NCBI GenBank assembly: GCA_964402995.1 | Contig: CAYOEA010000007.1 | Span: forward strand, 78,300-103,772 | Source of the DNA: an uncultured Methanosarcinales archaeon | GTDB taxonomy: Archaea; Nanobdellota; Nanobdellia; Woesearchaeales; GCA-2686295 | Length of the DNA stretch: 25,473 nt | Direction of reading: 5' to 3' | Shown: one piece after another, positions 9,169 through 16,807 of the stretch | Layout: each line of letters starts with the position of its first letter | Position numbering within the stretch: the stretch's first letter is position 1 | Notes under the pieces: model-generated | The model's input: the letters and a program-made list of their open reading frames with translations, nothing else | What the model was told of the DNA's origin: nothing | The model's database searches: none | Translations under genes and position numbers: made by a program

Positions 9169-9258
9169 CTAAACTAATTTAACACTTAAAAAAATAAATT
9201 CATAATTTTTACCTAGTTTAAATTAGTAAAACTAATTTAACACTTAAAAAAATAAATT
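9158..9258. repeat. two direct copies of a 43-bp unit (9158-9200 and 9216-9258; 2 mismatches), period 58 bp
   Basis: The unit is GTTTAAATTAG(C/T)(T/A)AAACTAATTTAACACTTAAAAAAATAAATT. Copy A begins inside the stop codon region of the second TadC-like gene. Each copy is followed by an oligo-T run (cataatttttacc / aaagtttttatc). Confidence 0.8.
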
Positions 9259-9384
9259 TAAAGTTTTTATCTGGATTAAACAAGAATAGACAATAAACAA
9301 GCTTTATTAACGAAACTTTTAAATATACTTTTGACTAAGATTATACTAAACAAACTTAATTTATAATTAAAGAGGTGTTTAATA

Positions 9385-9966
9385 ATGAATATAAAATCAC
9401 AAAAACAAGATGTTTATGGCCTTTCAAAGAATCGAAAAGGACAAGCAGCATTGGAATTCTTAACAACATATGGTTGGGCATTCTTAGTTATCTTAGTAAT
9501 GATTGGAGCTCTATCATACTTTGGAGTTTTAAATCCAACAAAATTCGTACCAGACTCATGTACATTCGCATCACCATTTGGTTGTGATGACGCAGTTGTA
9601 AATACTACTGCTGTAACACTTAGAATTAGAAACAATGCAGAAGCGTTAGTTATTACTAGTTTAAAAGTTGCAGATGTTGACAATGGAGAAACTGTTGGTT
9701 TAATAAATGAATTAACTGTAATATCAAACGCATGTGTAGATGACGGATCTAATAGCTGCGCTGGTCCTTCAGGATGTACTGGAGCAACATCACTTACTTG
9801 TGAATCTGGAGCAGTAATGTTAATAGAAAACACGGCTGACATCACAAATCCTTACGTAACTGGCGTTAAAAAAAGAATGAAAATTGATATTGCTTATTAT
9901 TACGCAAAATCAGGCTCACAATTTGGTAAAAACACTGGTGGAGATATAGTAGGTACAGTTCAATAA
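9385..9966 (+). CDS. type IV pilin (class III signal peptide), pilin paralogue 1
   Basis: The N-terminus is MNIKSQKQDVYGLSKNRKG|QAALEFLTTYGWAFLVILVMIGALSYF. This is a basic leader, a KG cleavage motif, Gln+1 and Glu+5, and a ~20-residue hydrophobic helix. The secreted body is Cys-containing. A GAGGTG RBS lies 8 nt upstream. Confidence 0.85.
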   Translation: MNIKSQKQDVYGLSKNRKGQAALEFLTTYGWAFLVILVMIGALSYFGVLNPTKFVPDSCTFASPFGCDDAVVNTTAVTLRIRNNAEALVITSLKVADVDNGETVGLINELTVISNACVDDGSNSCAGPSGCTGATSLTCESGAVMLIENTADITNPYVTGVKKRMKIDIAYYYAKSGSQFGKNTGGDIVGTVQ

Positions 9967-10073
9967 AACTAAATTTTTTTATTTTATTTTTTTATTTTAA
10001 TTCTATTAAAATTGCCAATAGCTTTACTATTGAGCATTAATTTCTTCTCAAACAAATAATAAGATTTATATAA

Positions 10074-10103
10074 TCTCTAAGTCTATAATTCATTAGAGAG
10101 GTG
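10074..10103 (+). promoter_or_regulatory. 7-bp stem hairpin (TCTCTAA ... TTAGAGA) overlapping the GAGGTG RBS of pilin 2
   Basis: Read directly from the sequence: stem 10074-10080 and 10093-10099 with a 12-nt loop. The 3' arm abuts or overlaps the RBS at 10096-10103. A TATA-like gatttatataat box lies at 10063-10074. Confidence 0.3.
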
Positions 10104-10116
10104 TATTTACATTAAT

Positions 10117-10695
10117 ATGGGTTCTAATCATAGAAAGAGTAAAAATTCTAGTAATAAGAAAGCACAGGCAGCTTTAGAGTTCTTAACTACTTATTCTTGG
10201 GCTTTCATGGTTCTTTTACTTATGCTTGGAGCTTTAATGTACTTTGACGTTTTTAATGCTAACAAATACATTCCTGAAGAATGTAATTTTGGTTATAATA
10301 TTGTTTGTGAAGATTGGGGTTTAAAACAAGTTAGTGCAAATACATTTAATCTTTCAGTTAAAATTAGAAATAATTTAGAAAAGGCAATTGTTCCAACAAA
10401 TATATCTTTGTACAACAATAATGGAGATTATATTAATAATTGCGCTTTTAGTATTTACTGTCCGTTCACTAATACTACCGCTGATTGGATTGCAAATGCT
10501 TCTGGAAGTTTTACTGAGATTGGCAGTCCTAAATGGAGTACTGGTATGAGTTGCACTCTTAGCGCTTATGGCTGTGAAGACTTAACTCTAAGCAGCTCTA
10601 AAAACACTTGGAGAACAGAATTGTCATTTAAAAGAGCAACAGGCAGTACTGAACACACTATTAAAGGTAGAATATTTACTAAAGCTATAAAATGA
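10117..10695 (+). CDS. type IV pilin (class III signal peptide), pilin paralogue 2
   Basis: The N-terminus is MGSNHRKSKNSSNKKA|QAALEFLTTYSWAFMVLLLMLGALMYF. It shares the QAALEFLTTY core with paralogue 1. A GAGGTG RBS is present. Confidence 0.85.
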   Translation: MGSNHRKSKNSSNKKAQAALEFLTTYSWAFMVLLLMLGALMYFDVFNANKYIPEECNFGYNIVCEDWGLKQVSANTFNLSVKIRNNLEKAIVPTNISLYNNNGDYINNCAFSIYCPFTNTTADWIANASGSFTEIGSPKWSTGMSCTLSAYGCEDLTLSSSKNTWRTELSFKRATGSTEHTIKGRIFTKAIK

Positions 10696-11753
10696 GAATT
10701 CTAAATAATAAGTCTAAATTTCAAAAGAAAACTAATAAATCTAGGCATAATATTTTTCAAGCTAGAAAGCTAACAAAAAACCACAAAAGCTTTTTTGGAC
10801 TTCGAATAAAAAGTCAGAAAGGTCAGGCTGCTTTAGAATTCTTAGCAAGTTATTCTTGGGCATTTATTATTCTTCTACTTATGGTTGGAGTTATGCAATA
10901 CTTTGAAATGTTTAACTTCTCAAAATATGAAGGTCAAACATGTAAAATTGATAATAATTTCTATTGTAATGATTTTTCTATTGAACAAAGTAACAATTCA
11001 GGAAATTATAGCTTAAATTTATTACTTCAAAATAATATGAATAAAGAAGTTGAGATTTATAATATCACATTATATGAAGATACTGGTGAAGAAATTGTAT
11101 GTGAAAATACTAAAATTTATTGTCCATTTAAAGATAATGAAACTTATGCGATTGCAAGTCCAAGTAATGGAAAATTAATATTAGGTGGTTCAACATCCTG
11201 GGTTCCAACAAGAGTTTGTAGAATTTCAATAGATGAATGTCCTGGAATTGCAATTAAAGGATATAAAAAGAAAGTTTTAGTAGACATTAATTTTAAGGGT
11301 GAAGATAACACTTATGTTCATACTGCAAAAGGTAATATTTATGCAACAGTTAATGAATATTCTAATGAAAGTACGCTTACTGGTTTATGCGATCTTGCTA
11401 ACTTTAATACAAATAGTAAATTTATTATTCAAGATAATACAAACAAAAGCTTATTCATGATTGATAGTAATGGTATGCTTTTAATTTTAGGTTCTGTTTT
11501 TGAGAACTTTGGAGGAAATCTTGCTGATGCTAATGATTTTAAGATTAATAATTCAGATGGAAATATTGTTGCATGGGTTTCTAATCCTCAAGGAAACTTA
11601 TACTTAAATGGCACTCTTGAACAATTTTCTACAATGCAGTCAGAGGATGGTAGAAGTGAACTTATATTTCAAAGTAGTTCTGGTGGAGATGTCGCTATCT
11701 TTGATGATTCAGGAAATCTTTATATAAGAGGATGTGTATTAAATATTAATTAG
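10692..11753 (+). CDS. pilin-like protein with conserved KG|QAALEFL core but an unusually long (43-aa) basic leader, pilin paralogue 3
   Basis: ATGA overlap with pilin 2. The motif ...LRIKSQKG|QAALEFLASYSWAFIILLLMVGVMQYF begins only at residue 43. The preceding residues are highly basic. IKSQK also occurs at the N-terminus of pilin 1. No in-frame ATG/TTG/GTG lies closer to the motif. Confidence 0.8.
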   Translation: MRILNNKSKFQKKTNKSRHNIFQARKLTKNHKSFFGLRIKSQKGQAALEFLASYSWAFIILLLMVGVMQYFEMFNFSKYEGQTCKIDNNFYCNDFSIEQSNNSGNYSLNLLLQNNMNKEVEIYNITLYEDTGEEIVCENTKIYCPFKDNETYAIASPSNGKLILGGSTSWVPTRVCRISIDECPGIAIKGYKKKVLVDINFKGEDNTYVHTAKGNIYATVNEYSNESTLTGLCDLANFNTNSKFIIQDNTNKSLFMIDSNGMLLILGSVFENFGGNLADANDFKINNSDGNIVAWVSNPQGNLYLNGTLEQFSTMQSEDGRSELIFQSSSGGDVAIFDDSGNLYIRGCVLNIN

Positions 11754-11759
11754 AGGTGT

Positions 11760-12698
11760 ATGATGAAAATTAAACAAGTAATTATTCCTATATTCACAAT
11801 TATTTTTACAGTTATTATTATAGCTTTAGTTTCAACTAATGTTTCAGCTCAAAATGGCTGGACTCTTCAAAATTCTAATATTTATAATGAAAATTTTAAT
11901 TATTGGGTTGGTATTGGAACTAATTCACCTGATAATTACCTTCAAGTTTTTGGCGGGAATGTTTCTATTACTATGAACGATTCAGAAGGTGGTTCTTTAA
12001 ATGTTGGCGAGAGTATTTTTGCTAAACGTCTTTGTGATGAAAATTCAATTAATTGTAAAGACTTATCTGATGGTTGGTTTGACGGCAACTCTTTAGATTC
12101 ACCAAATCAAGTAACACAAAATGTTGTTTATACTGATAATGAAAAAAACACATTTGCTCAAGGAAATATTGCTGCGCTTGGAACTATTTGTGACGGAACA
12201 GGAGATTGTATTGGTGAATATAATGGTCCTTGGGAATATAATATTATTGATAAAGATTTATACTATAAGAACGGGATTCTAAATATTAGCACAGGCAATG
12301 AATATTTAGGTTTTACAATAACCAATCTTTGGTCTAGTGTAATGGGTGCAGAAATGCTTCGGTTAAAAACAAGCGCAACTAATGCAGGATCAGATTTAAA
12401 ACTTACTTTTGATACGGGATTTTCTGAAGCAAGAATTATATATGATGAAATTGCTGATAATGAAGGTAAATTCACATTCTATATTCCAGATGGTGCTAGC
12501 AGTTCTCATAAAATATTAGATTTAAATAAAGATGAAATTGAAATGGGTTTAACAGGCGGTAAAACAATTATTCATGGAGAACTTGTTACAGATAGTATTG
12601 AAGTCAATGGAGCCACATATTCAGATGAAGTAATTGAATTTGGTAATGGTGCAAAAATTACTACTTCTGCAACAGATATTATAATCAGACTTCCTTAA
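11760..12698 (+). CDS. Sec-secreted extracellular protein (hypothetical), last gene of the pilus cluster
   Basis: The N-terminus MMKIKQVIIPIFTIIFTVIIIALVSTNVSA|QN is a classical signal peptide. A GAGGTG RBS is present. The mature part is N/G/T-rich with no recognisable family. Confidence 0.75.
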   Translation: MMKIKQVIIPIFTIIFTVIIIALVSTNVSAQNGWTLQNSNIYNENFNYWVGIGTNSPDNYLQVFGGNVSITMNDSEGGSLNVGESIFAKRLCDENSINCKDLSDGWFDGNSLDSPNQVTQNVVYTDNEKNTFAQGNIAALGTICDGTGDCIGEYNGPWEYNIIDKDLYYKNGILNISTGNEYLGFTITNLWSSVMGAEMLRLKTSATNAGSDLKLTFDTGFSEARIIYDEIADNEGKFTFYIPDGASSSHKILDLNKDEIEMGLTGGKTIIHGELVTDSIEVNGATYSDEVIEFGNGAKITTSATDIIIRLP

Positions 12699-12828
12699 AT
12701 CTTACAAATAAATAAAACTATTAAATAGAGAATATACACAAAAATAAACATAAACTATATAAAGAACATAAGATTTTCATTAGTTAATTGTTCTTACAAA
12801 GATTCTATTAAAAAAGGTGGATTATAAG

Positions 12829-13461
12829 ATGGATAACGTTTTAAAAACAGGAACTACAACTGTAGGTATTGTATGTAAAGACTGCATTATTTTAGGTGCA
12901 GATAAAAGAGCTACTGCTGGGCATTTCATCGCAAGTAAAGATGTTGAAAAAGTAGTTAAGATCAATGATTATATGGCTGTTACTACAGCTGGTACTGTTT
13001 CTGATATTCAATTAATGGTTAAGCTTATCAAAGCCGAACTTAAAATTAAAGAAATTAGAAGTAACTTCAAACCTAGTGTAAAAGAAGGCGCAAATCTTCT
13101 TGCAGGTATGGTTTATGCTAATATTAGAAAGATGTCTATGATTCCAGGTATCAGTCATTTCCTTGTTGGAGGATTTGACAAAGCAGGTCATCTTTATGAC
13201 TTATACCCTGATGGATCAATCTCAGACATAAAAGATTTTGTTGCAAGCGGTTCAGGTAGCATGATGTCTTATGGAGTTTTAGAAAGCAGTTACAAACCAG
13301 GCCTTTCAAAAGAAGAAGGTATCAACTTGGTTGTAAAAGCAATAAATGCTTCAATTCAAAGAGATTCAGCTTCAGGAGAAGGAGTTGACGTTATGGTTAT
13401 TAATAAAGACGGAGTAACACTTGCTCTTCAAAAATTAATTAATACCAGAATTGACAATTAA
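12829..13461 (+). CDS. psmB: proteasome subunit beta (Ntn hydrolase) with short propeptide
   Basis: MDNVLKTG|TTTVGIVCKDCIILGADKRATAG... The propeptide ends at the Gly-Thr1 processing site. The family motifs (TTTVGI, GADKRAT, GSGS) are present. ATG 12829 is preceded by AGGTGG 8 nt upstream; the ORF track used GTG 12817. Confidence 0.95.
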   Translation: MDNVLKTGTTTVGIVCKDCIILGADKRATAGHFIASKDVEKVVKINDYMAVTTAGTVSDIQLMVKLIKAELKIKEIRSNFKPSVKEGANLLAGMVYANIRKMSMIPGISHFLVGGFDKAGHLYDLYPDGSISDIKDFVASGSGSMMSYGVLESSYKPGLSKEEGINLVVKAINASIQRDSASGEGVDVMVINKDGVTLALQKLINTRIDN

Positions 13462-13496
13462 AATTTATTTTCATTTTATTTTATTATTTTAGAAAA

Positions 13497-13547
13497 ACAC
13501 AAATTATTTTGTGTATGCCAAGAATTTATTCTTGAGCAAATAATTTA
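13497..13547. promoter_or_regulatory. conserved intergenic element, copy A: 7-bp hairpin (ACACAAA/TTTGTGT) + GTGTATGCC + 16-bp palindrome CAAGAATTTATTCTTG + AGCAAATAATTTA
   Basis: Read directly. It is near-identical in organisation and flanks to the element at 21751-21808. Confidence 0.6.
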
Positions 13548-13592
13548 CAACATTCTTAAAAAAAAAATTAAAACTAAAAACAGGTTTTTTCA

Positions 13593-15482
13593 ATGACAGA
13601 TATTTTAAAAGAAATCATAAAAGATTTACCTAGTAATAAAATTAGCGACGCTAATTTCGAAGGAGCAAACATCGTTCTTTATACTAAAGATAAGGATTTT
13701 TTCCTTAATGACAAAAATTTAGTTCGTGAGATTGTTAATAAAATCAAAAAACGAATTGAGCTTAGACCAGATCCAGAACTTTGTATGGAACCTGAAAAAG
13801 CTGAAAAAGAAATTAAAAAAATTATCGGCAAAGAAGCTGGTATTGATAAAATTCTATTTGATCCACAGCGATCAATCGTAATTATTGAAGTTGAAAAACC
13901 AGGGAACGCTATTGGTAGACAAGGAGATACTCTTCAAGAAATTAAAGCAAAAACTTGTTGGGTTCCTGTTATTAAAAGAAAACCTGCTATTAGAAGTCAA
14001 CTTATTGAAAATATTCGTTCAGTTCTTTATCAAAACTCAGATTATAGAAAAAAGTTCTTACACAAAACAGGACAAAGAATCTATAACGGTTGGCTTAGAG
14101 GCAAAAAAGATGAATGGGTTAGAATCACTCCTCTTGGCGGAGCTCGTCAAGTTGGTAGATCAGCTATTCTTCTTCAAACACCCGAGTCAAGAGTTCTTTT
14201 AGACTGTGGAGTAGATGTTGCATCTGATAAACATCCATACCCACACCTTGAAGCACCAGAGTTTGATATTAAAGAACTTGATGCAATCATTGTTAGTCAC
14301 GCACACGCAGACCATTCAGGTTTAGTACCTCTTTTATACAAATATGGATATAGAGGACCAGTTTACTGCACTATGCCTACAAGAGATATTTCTGCTCTTA
14401 TGCAGCTTGATATGATTAAAATTCAAAGAGACGAAAAAGACTCTCTTTATGCAAGCGAAGATGTTGTAGAAACTGTAAAACACACAATCACTCTTGATTA
14501 CGGCGAAGTTACTGACATAACACCAGATATTAGAATCACATTTTATAACTCAGGTCATATTTTAGGCGGAGCTATGGTTCATGCACACATTGGTAATGGA
14601 CTACATAATTTCTTATATACAGGAGATGTTAAATATGCTAAAACTAATCTTTTAAGTCCAGCACACACTAATTATCCTCGTCTTGAAACTATGATGATTG
14701 AAAGTACTTATGGTTCTAAAGAATCTGTTAAACGTAGTCAAAGAGAACAAGACCAAGCATTTGGAGACTTAGTTGCTAACACTGTTAAACGTGGTGGAAA
14801 AGTACTCATGCCAGTATTAGGATCAGGTAGAGCTCAAGAAATCATTGTTCTTTTAGAACGTATGATTCGTGAAGGCGTTATGAAATCAGTTCCTATTTTT
14901 ATTGATGGTATGGTTTGGGATATTACTGCAATTCACACTGCTTATCCAGAATACTTAAACAACACTGTTAGAGAGCAAATATTCCATAAAGACAATAACC
15001 CATTCATTCAAGAAAACATCAAACGAATTGGTAGTGCTAAAGAAAGAAAAGAACTTGTTGAAGATTCAGGTCCTTGTATTATCTTAGCAACGTCTGGTAT
15101 GCTTGTAGGTGGTCCTTCTGTTGGTTATTTAAGAGATCTTGCAGACAATCCTAAAAATTCACTTATCTTTACTTGTTATCAAGGAGAAGGTAGTTTAGGT
15201 AGATTAGTTCAAAGCGGTCTTAAAGAAATCAGTATGAGAAATCAAAAAGGTAAAAATGAACTTGTCGAAATTAAACTTGAAGTACATAAACTTGAAATTA
15301 CTGGTCACTCAGATAGACGTGAATTGATGAGTTTCATTAACAAATGTAGTCCAAGACCTAAAAAGGTAATAGTTAATCATGGTGATAGTTCTAGCTGCCT
15401 TGATTTTGCAAGAACAATTCATAAAACTTATAGAATTGAAACTATTGCACCTAAAAATTTAGAATCTGTTCGTTTAGTATAA
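13593..15482 (+). CDS. aCPSF1/FttA-type KH-domain beta-CASP metallo-beta-lactamase ribonuclease (archaeal transcription-termination/RNA-processing factor)
   Basis: 629 aa. It has two N-terminal KH-like segments, the MBL motif HAHADHSG, beta-CASP motifs (the ...TGDVKY.. region, HxH) and the C-terminal ITGHSDRREL motif. This is the typical aCPSF1 length and architecture. Confidence 0.95.
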   Translation: MTDILKEIIKDLPSNKISDANFEGANIVLYTKDKDFFLNDKNLVREIVNKIKKRIELRPDPELCMEPEKAEKEIKKIIGKEAGIDKILFDPQRSIVIIEVEKPGNAIGRQGDTLQEIKAKTCWVPVIKRKPAIRSQLIENIRSVLYQNSDYRKKFLHKTGQRIYNGWLRGKKDEWVRITPLGGARQVGRSAILLQTPESRVLLDCGVDVASDKHPYPHLEAPEFDIKELDAIIVSHAHADHSGLVPLLYKYGYRGPVYCTMPTRDISALMQLDMIKIQRDEKDSLYASEDVVETVKHTITLDYGEVTDITPDIRITFYNSGHILGGAMVHAHIGNGLHNFLYTGDVKYAKTNLLSPAHTNYPRLETMMIESTYGSKESVKRSQREQDQAFGDLVANTVKRGGKVLMPVLGSGRAQEIIVLLERMIREGVMKSVPIFIDGMVWDITAIHTAYPEYLNNTVREQIFHKDNNPFIQENIKRIGSAKERKELVEDSGPCIILATSGMLVGGPSVGYLRDLADNPKNSLIFTCYQGEGSLGRLVQSGLKEISMRNQKGKNELVEIKLEVHKLEITGHSDRRELMSFINKCSPRPKKVIVNHGDSSSCLDFARTIHKTYRIETIAPKNLESVRLV

Positions 15483-15586
15483 GTATAATTAAGCATAAAT
15501 CACTTTAAAATACTTATTTTTTTTAATTTTTATAAATTTTTTACAGATAGAAAGATTTTTATAGCATTTTTCTTAATTATCTTAAT

Positions 15587-16117
15587 ATGGTTTTTAAAGC
15601 TGGCAAAACTGTAACTTTTGGTAAAAATAAAACTAAATTCAAAGGTCCTTTTGATTGGGATGGTTTGTATAAACTTGTTTGTCGTTGGATTATGAGTCGA
15701 AAGTATCTTCTTCAAGAAAAAAGATATAAAGATAAGACCGATAATCCACTTGGAACAGAAGTTGAAGTTGAGCTTACAGCCAGTAGAAAAGAAAACTTTT
15801 TTCTTAGAAGACGTATTGCAGTCTCGTTTCATTTATGGAATTATCAGGAAAAAGAAGGAATTCTTCATGGGAAAAAAACTAGATATACAGAAGGTAGAGT
15901 TACTATTGACGTTGAAACTAAAATAGAATTTGATTGGCAAGGAATATTTAAACCAAGTAAAGGTAAGTTCACAGAAACTATGGGAAAACTCTATATGTGG
16001 GTTAAACATAAAGAATTTGAATCAACAACAGTTGATGACCAAGAATATGAAGCTCTTCGCCTTCAACATGAAATAAAAAAGTTTTTAAGGATGGAAACCG
16101 ATACTCATGCATATTAA
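15587..16117 (+). CDS. hypothetical protein, paralogue A of an uncharacterised two-gene family
   Basis: 176 aa with a basic N-terminus, FDWDGLY and HGK motifs. It aligns along its length with the product of 16301-16807 (shared FDxxxLY...HGK...W...YE..R). No recognisable family. Confidence 0.7.
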   Translation: MVFKAGKTVTFGKNKTKFKGPFDWDGLYKLVCRWIMSRKYLLQEKRYKDKTDNPLGTEVEVELTASRKENFFLRRRIAVSFHLWNYQEKEGILHGKKTRYTEGRVTIDVETKIEFDWQGIFKPSKGKFTETMGKLYMWVKHKEFESTTVDDQEYEALRLQHEIKKFLRMETDTHAY

Positions 16118-16130
16118 TTAGATAAAAAAT

Positions 16131-16304
16131 GGCTGTTACAAAAAAAAAAAGTTTTTTGAACTACAAAATTCATAAGGTGATAAATTTTGGCTGTTACAAA
16201 AAAAGAAATTTTTTGAACTACAAAATTCATAAGGTGATAAATTTTGGCTGTTACAAAAAAAGAAATTTTTTGAACTACAAAATTCATAAGGTGATAAATT
16301 TTGG
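16131..16304. repeat. three perfect head-to-tail tandem repeats of a ~57-bp unit (58/56/58 bp) ending in the TTG start of the downstream gene
   Basis: The unit is GGCTGTTAC-A(7-11)-G(AAA)-TTTTTTGAACTACAAAATTCATAAGGTGATAAATTTTG. The copies differ only in poly-A length (A11, A7, A8). Each unit carries a GGTGA RBS-like motif 6 nt before a TTG/ATG+GCTG start-like motif. Copy 1 has ATG (16129-16131) and opens a 59-codon frame running through all copies to TGA at 16306-16308. Confidence 0.9.
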
Positions 16305-16807
16305 CTGAAACACAAATAGTAGTTGATGGAAAAAGACTTGAATATGAAGGTTTATTTGATCCTAAAGAGTTATACGCAGTTATTGATGAATTAATGCAAC
16401 AACATAGTTTTGATAAAAATGAATTTATGAATTCAGAACATGTCTATAAAGATAGCAAACAACTTGACATGGATCTTCGTCCTTACAAGAAATTTTCTGA
16501 TTATGTTAAAGCTGAAATTAAAATTAGAATTAAAGCCACTAATCTTAAATTTGTTGAAGTTGAAAAAAATAATGTTAAAAAGAAATATTATCATGGCAAA
16601 ATAAAAATTGTTTTTGTCACATACTTAATTACTGATTATGAAAACGCTTGGGAAATGAAAGCATTTTACTTCCTTCTTAGAATGTTAGTAGATAAATTCT
16701 TGTATAAAAGTTATATTAATGAAGCTAAAAAAGAAGCAGTTTCATTAACAAACGAAACTTATGATGAAATTAGATCATATCTTAACATGCATCGATATAT
16801 GAAATGA
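16301..16807 (+). CDS. hypothetical protein, paralogue B (TTG start)
   Basis: 168 aa. TTG at 16301 is 6 nt after GGTGA. The FDPKELY and HGK motifs align with paralogue A. Using the next in-frame ATG would remove the conserved N-terminal region. Confidence 0.7.
   Translation: MAETQIVVDGKRLEYEGLFDPKELYAVIDELMQQHSFDKNEFMNSEHVYKDSKQLDMDLRPYKKFSDYVKAEIKIRIKATNLKFVEVEKNNVKKKYYHGKIKIVFVTYLITDYENAWEMKAFYFLLRMLVDKFLYKSYINEAKKEAVSLTNETYDEIRSYLNMHRYMK

Larger units (their letters stand above)
2433..12698 (+). other. archaeal type IV pilus (Tad/Epd-like) assembly and structural gene cluster
   Basis: It carries the ATPase (T2SSE), two T2SSF-type membrane proteins, three class-III-signal pilins and N-anchored/secreted accessory proteins. 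All are co-oriented, with several overlapping or tightly spaced gene junctions. Confidence 0.8.

Noticed and set aside
9375-9845. Track ORFs 9375-9587 (+) and 9414-9845 (-)
   Set aside because: They are alternative-frame or antisense overlaps of pilin gene 1, whose class-III signal and RBS are unambiguous.
12817-12828. GTG start at 12817 for psmB, and TTG starts at 399, 2430 and 5811 used by the ORF track
   Set aside because: In each case an ATG lies 1-4 codons downstream, and the GGTGA/GGTGG ribosome-binding site sits 6-10 nt before that ATG, not before the TTG/GTG. The extra codons are probably not translated.
13885-14202. 105-aa ORF inside the aCPSF1 gene
   Set aside because: It is an alternative frame of a strongly supported conserved CDS and its translation is K/L-rich and low-complexity.
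16131-16304. Possible CRISPR array (regular ~57-bp repeats)
   Set aside because: Units are contiguous with no intervening unique spacers, there are only three copies, and they resemble adjacent coding sequence. It is a tandem duplication, not repeat-spacer architecture.
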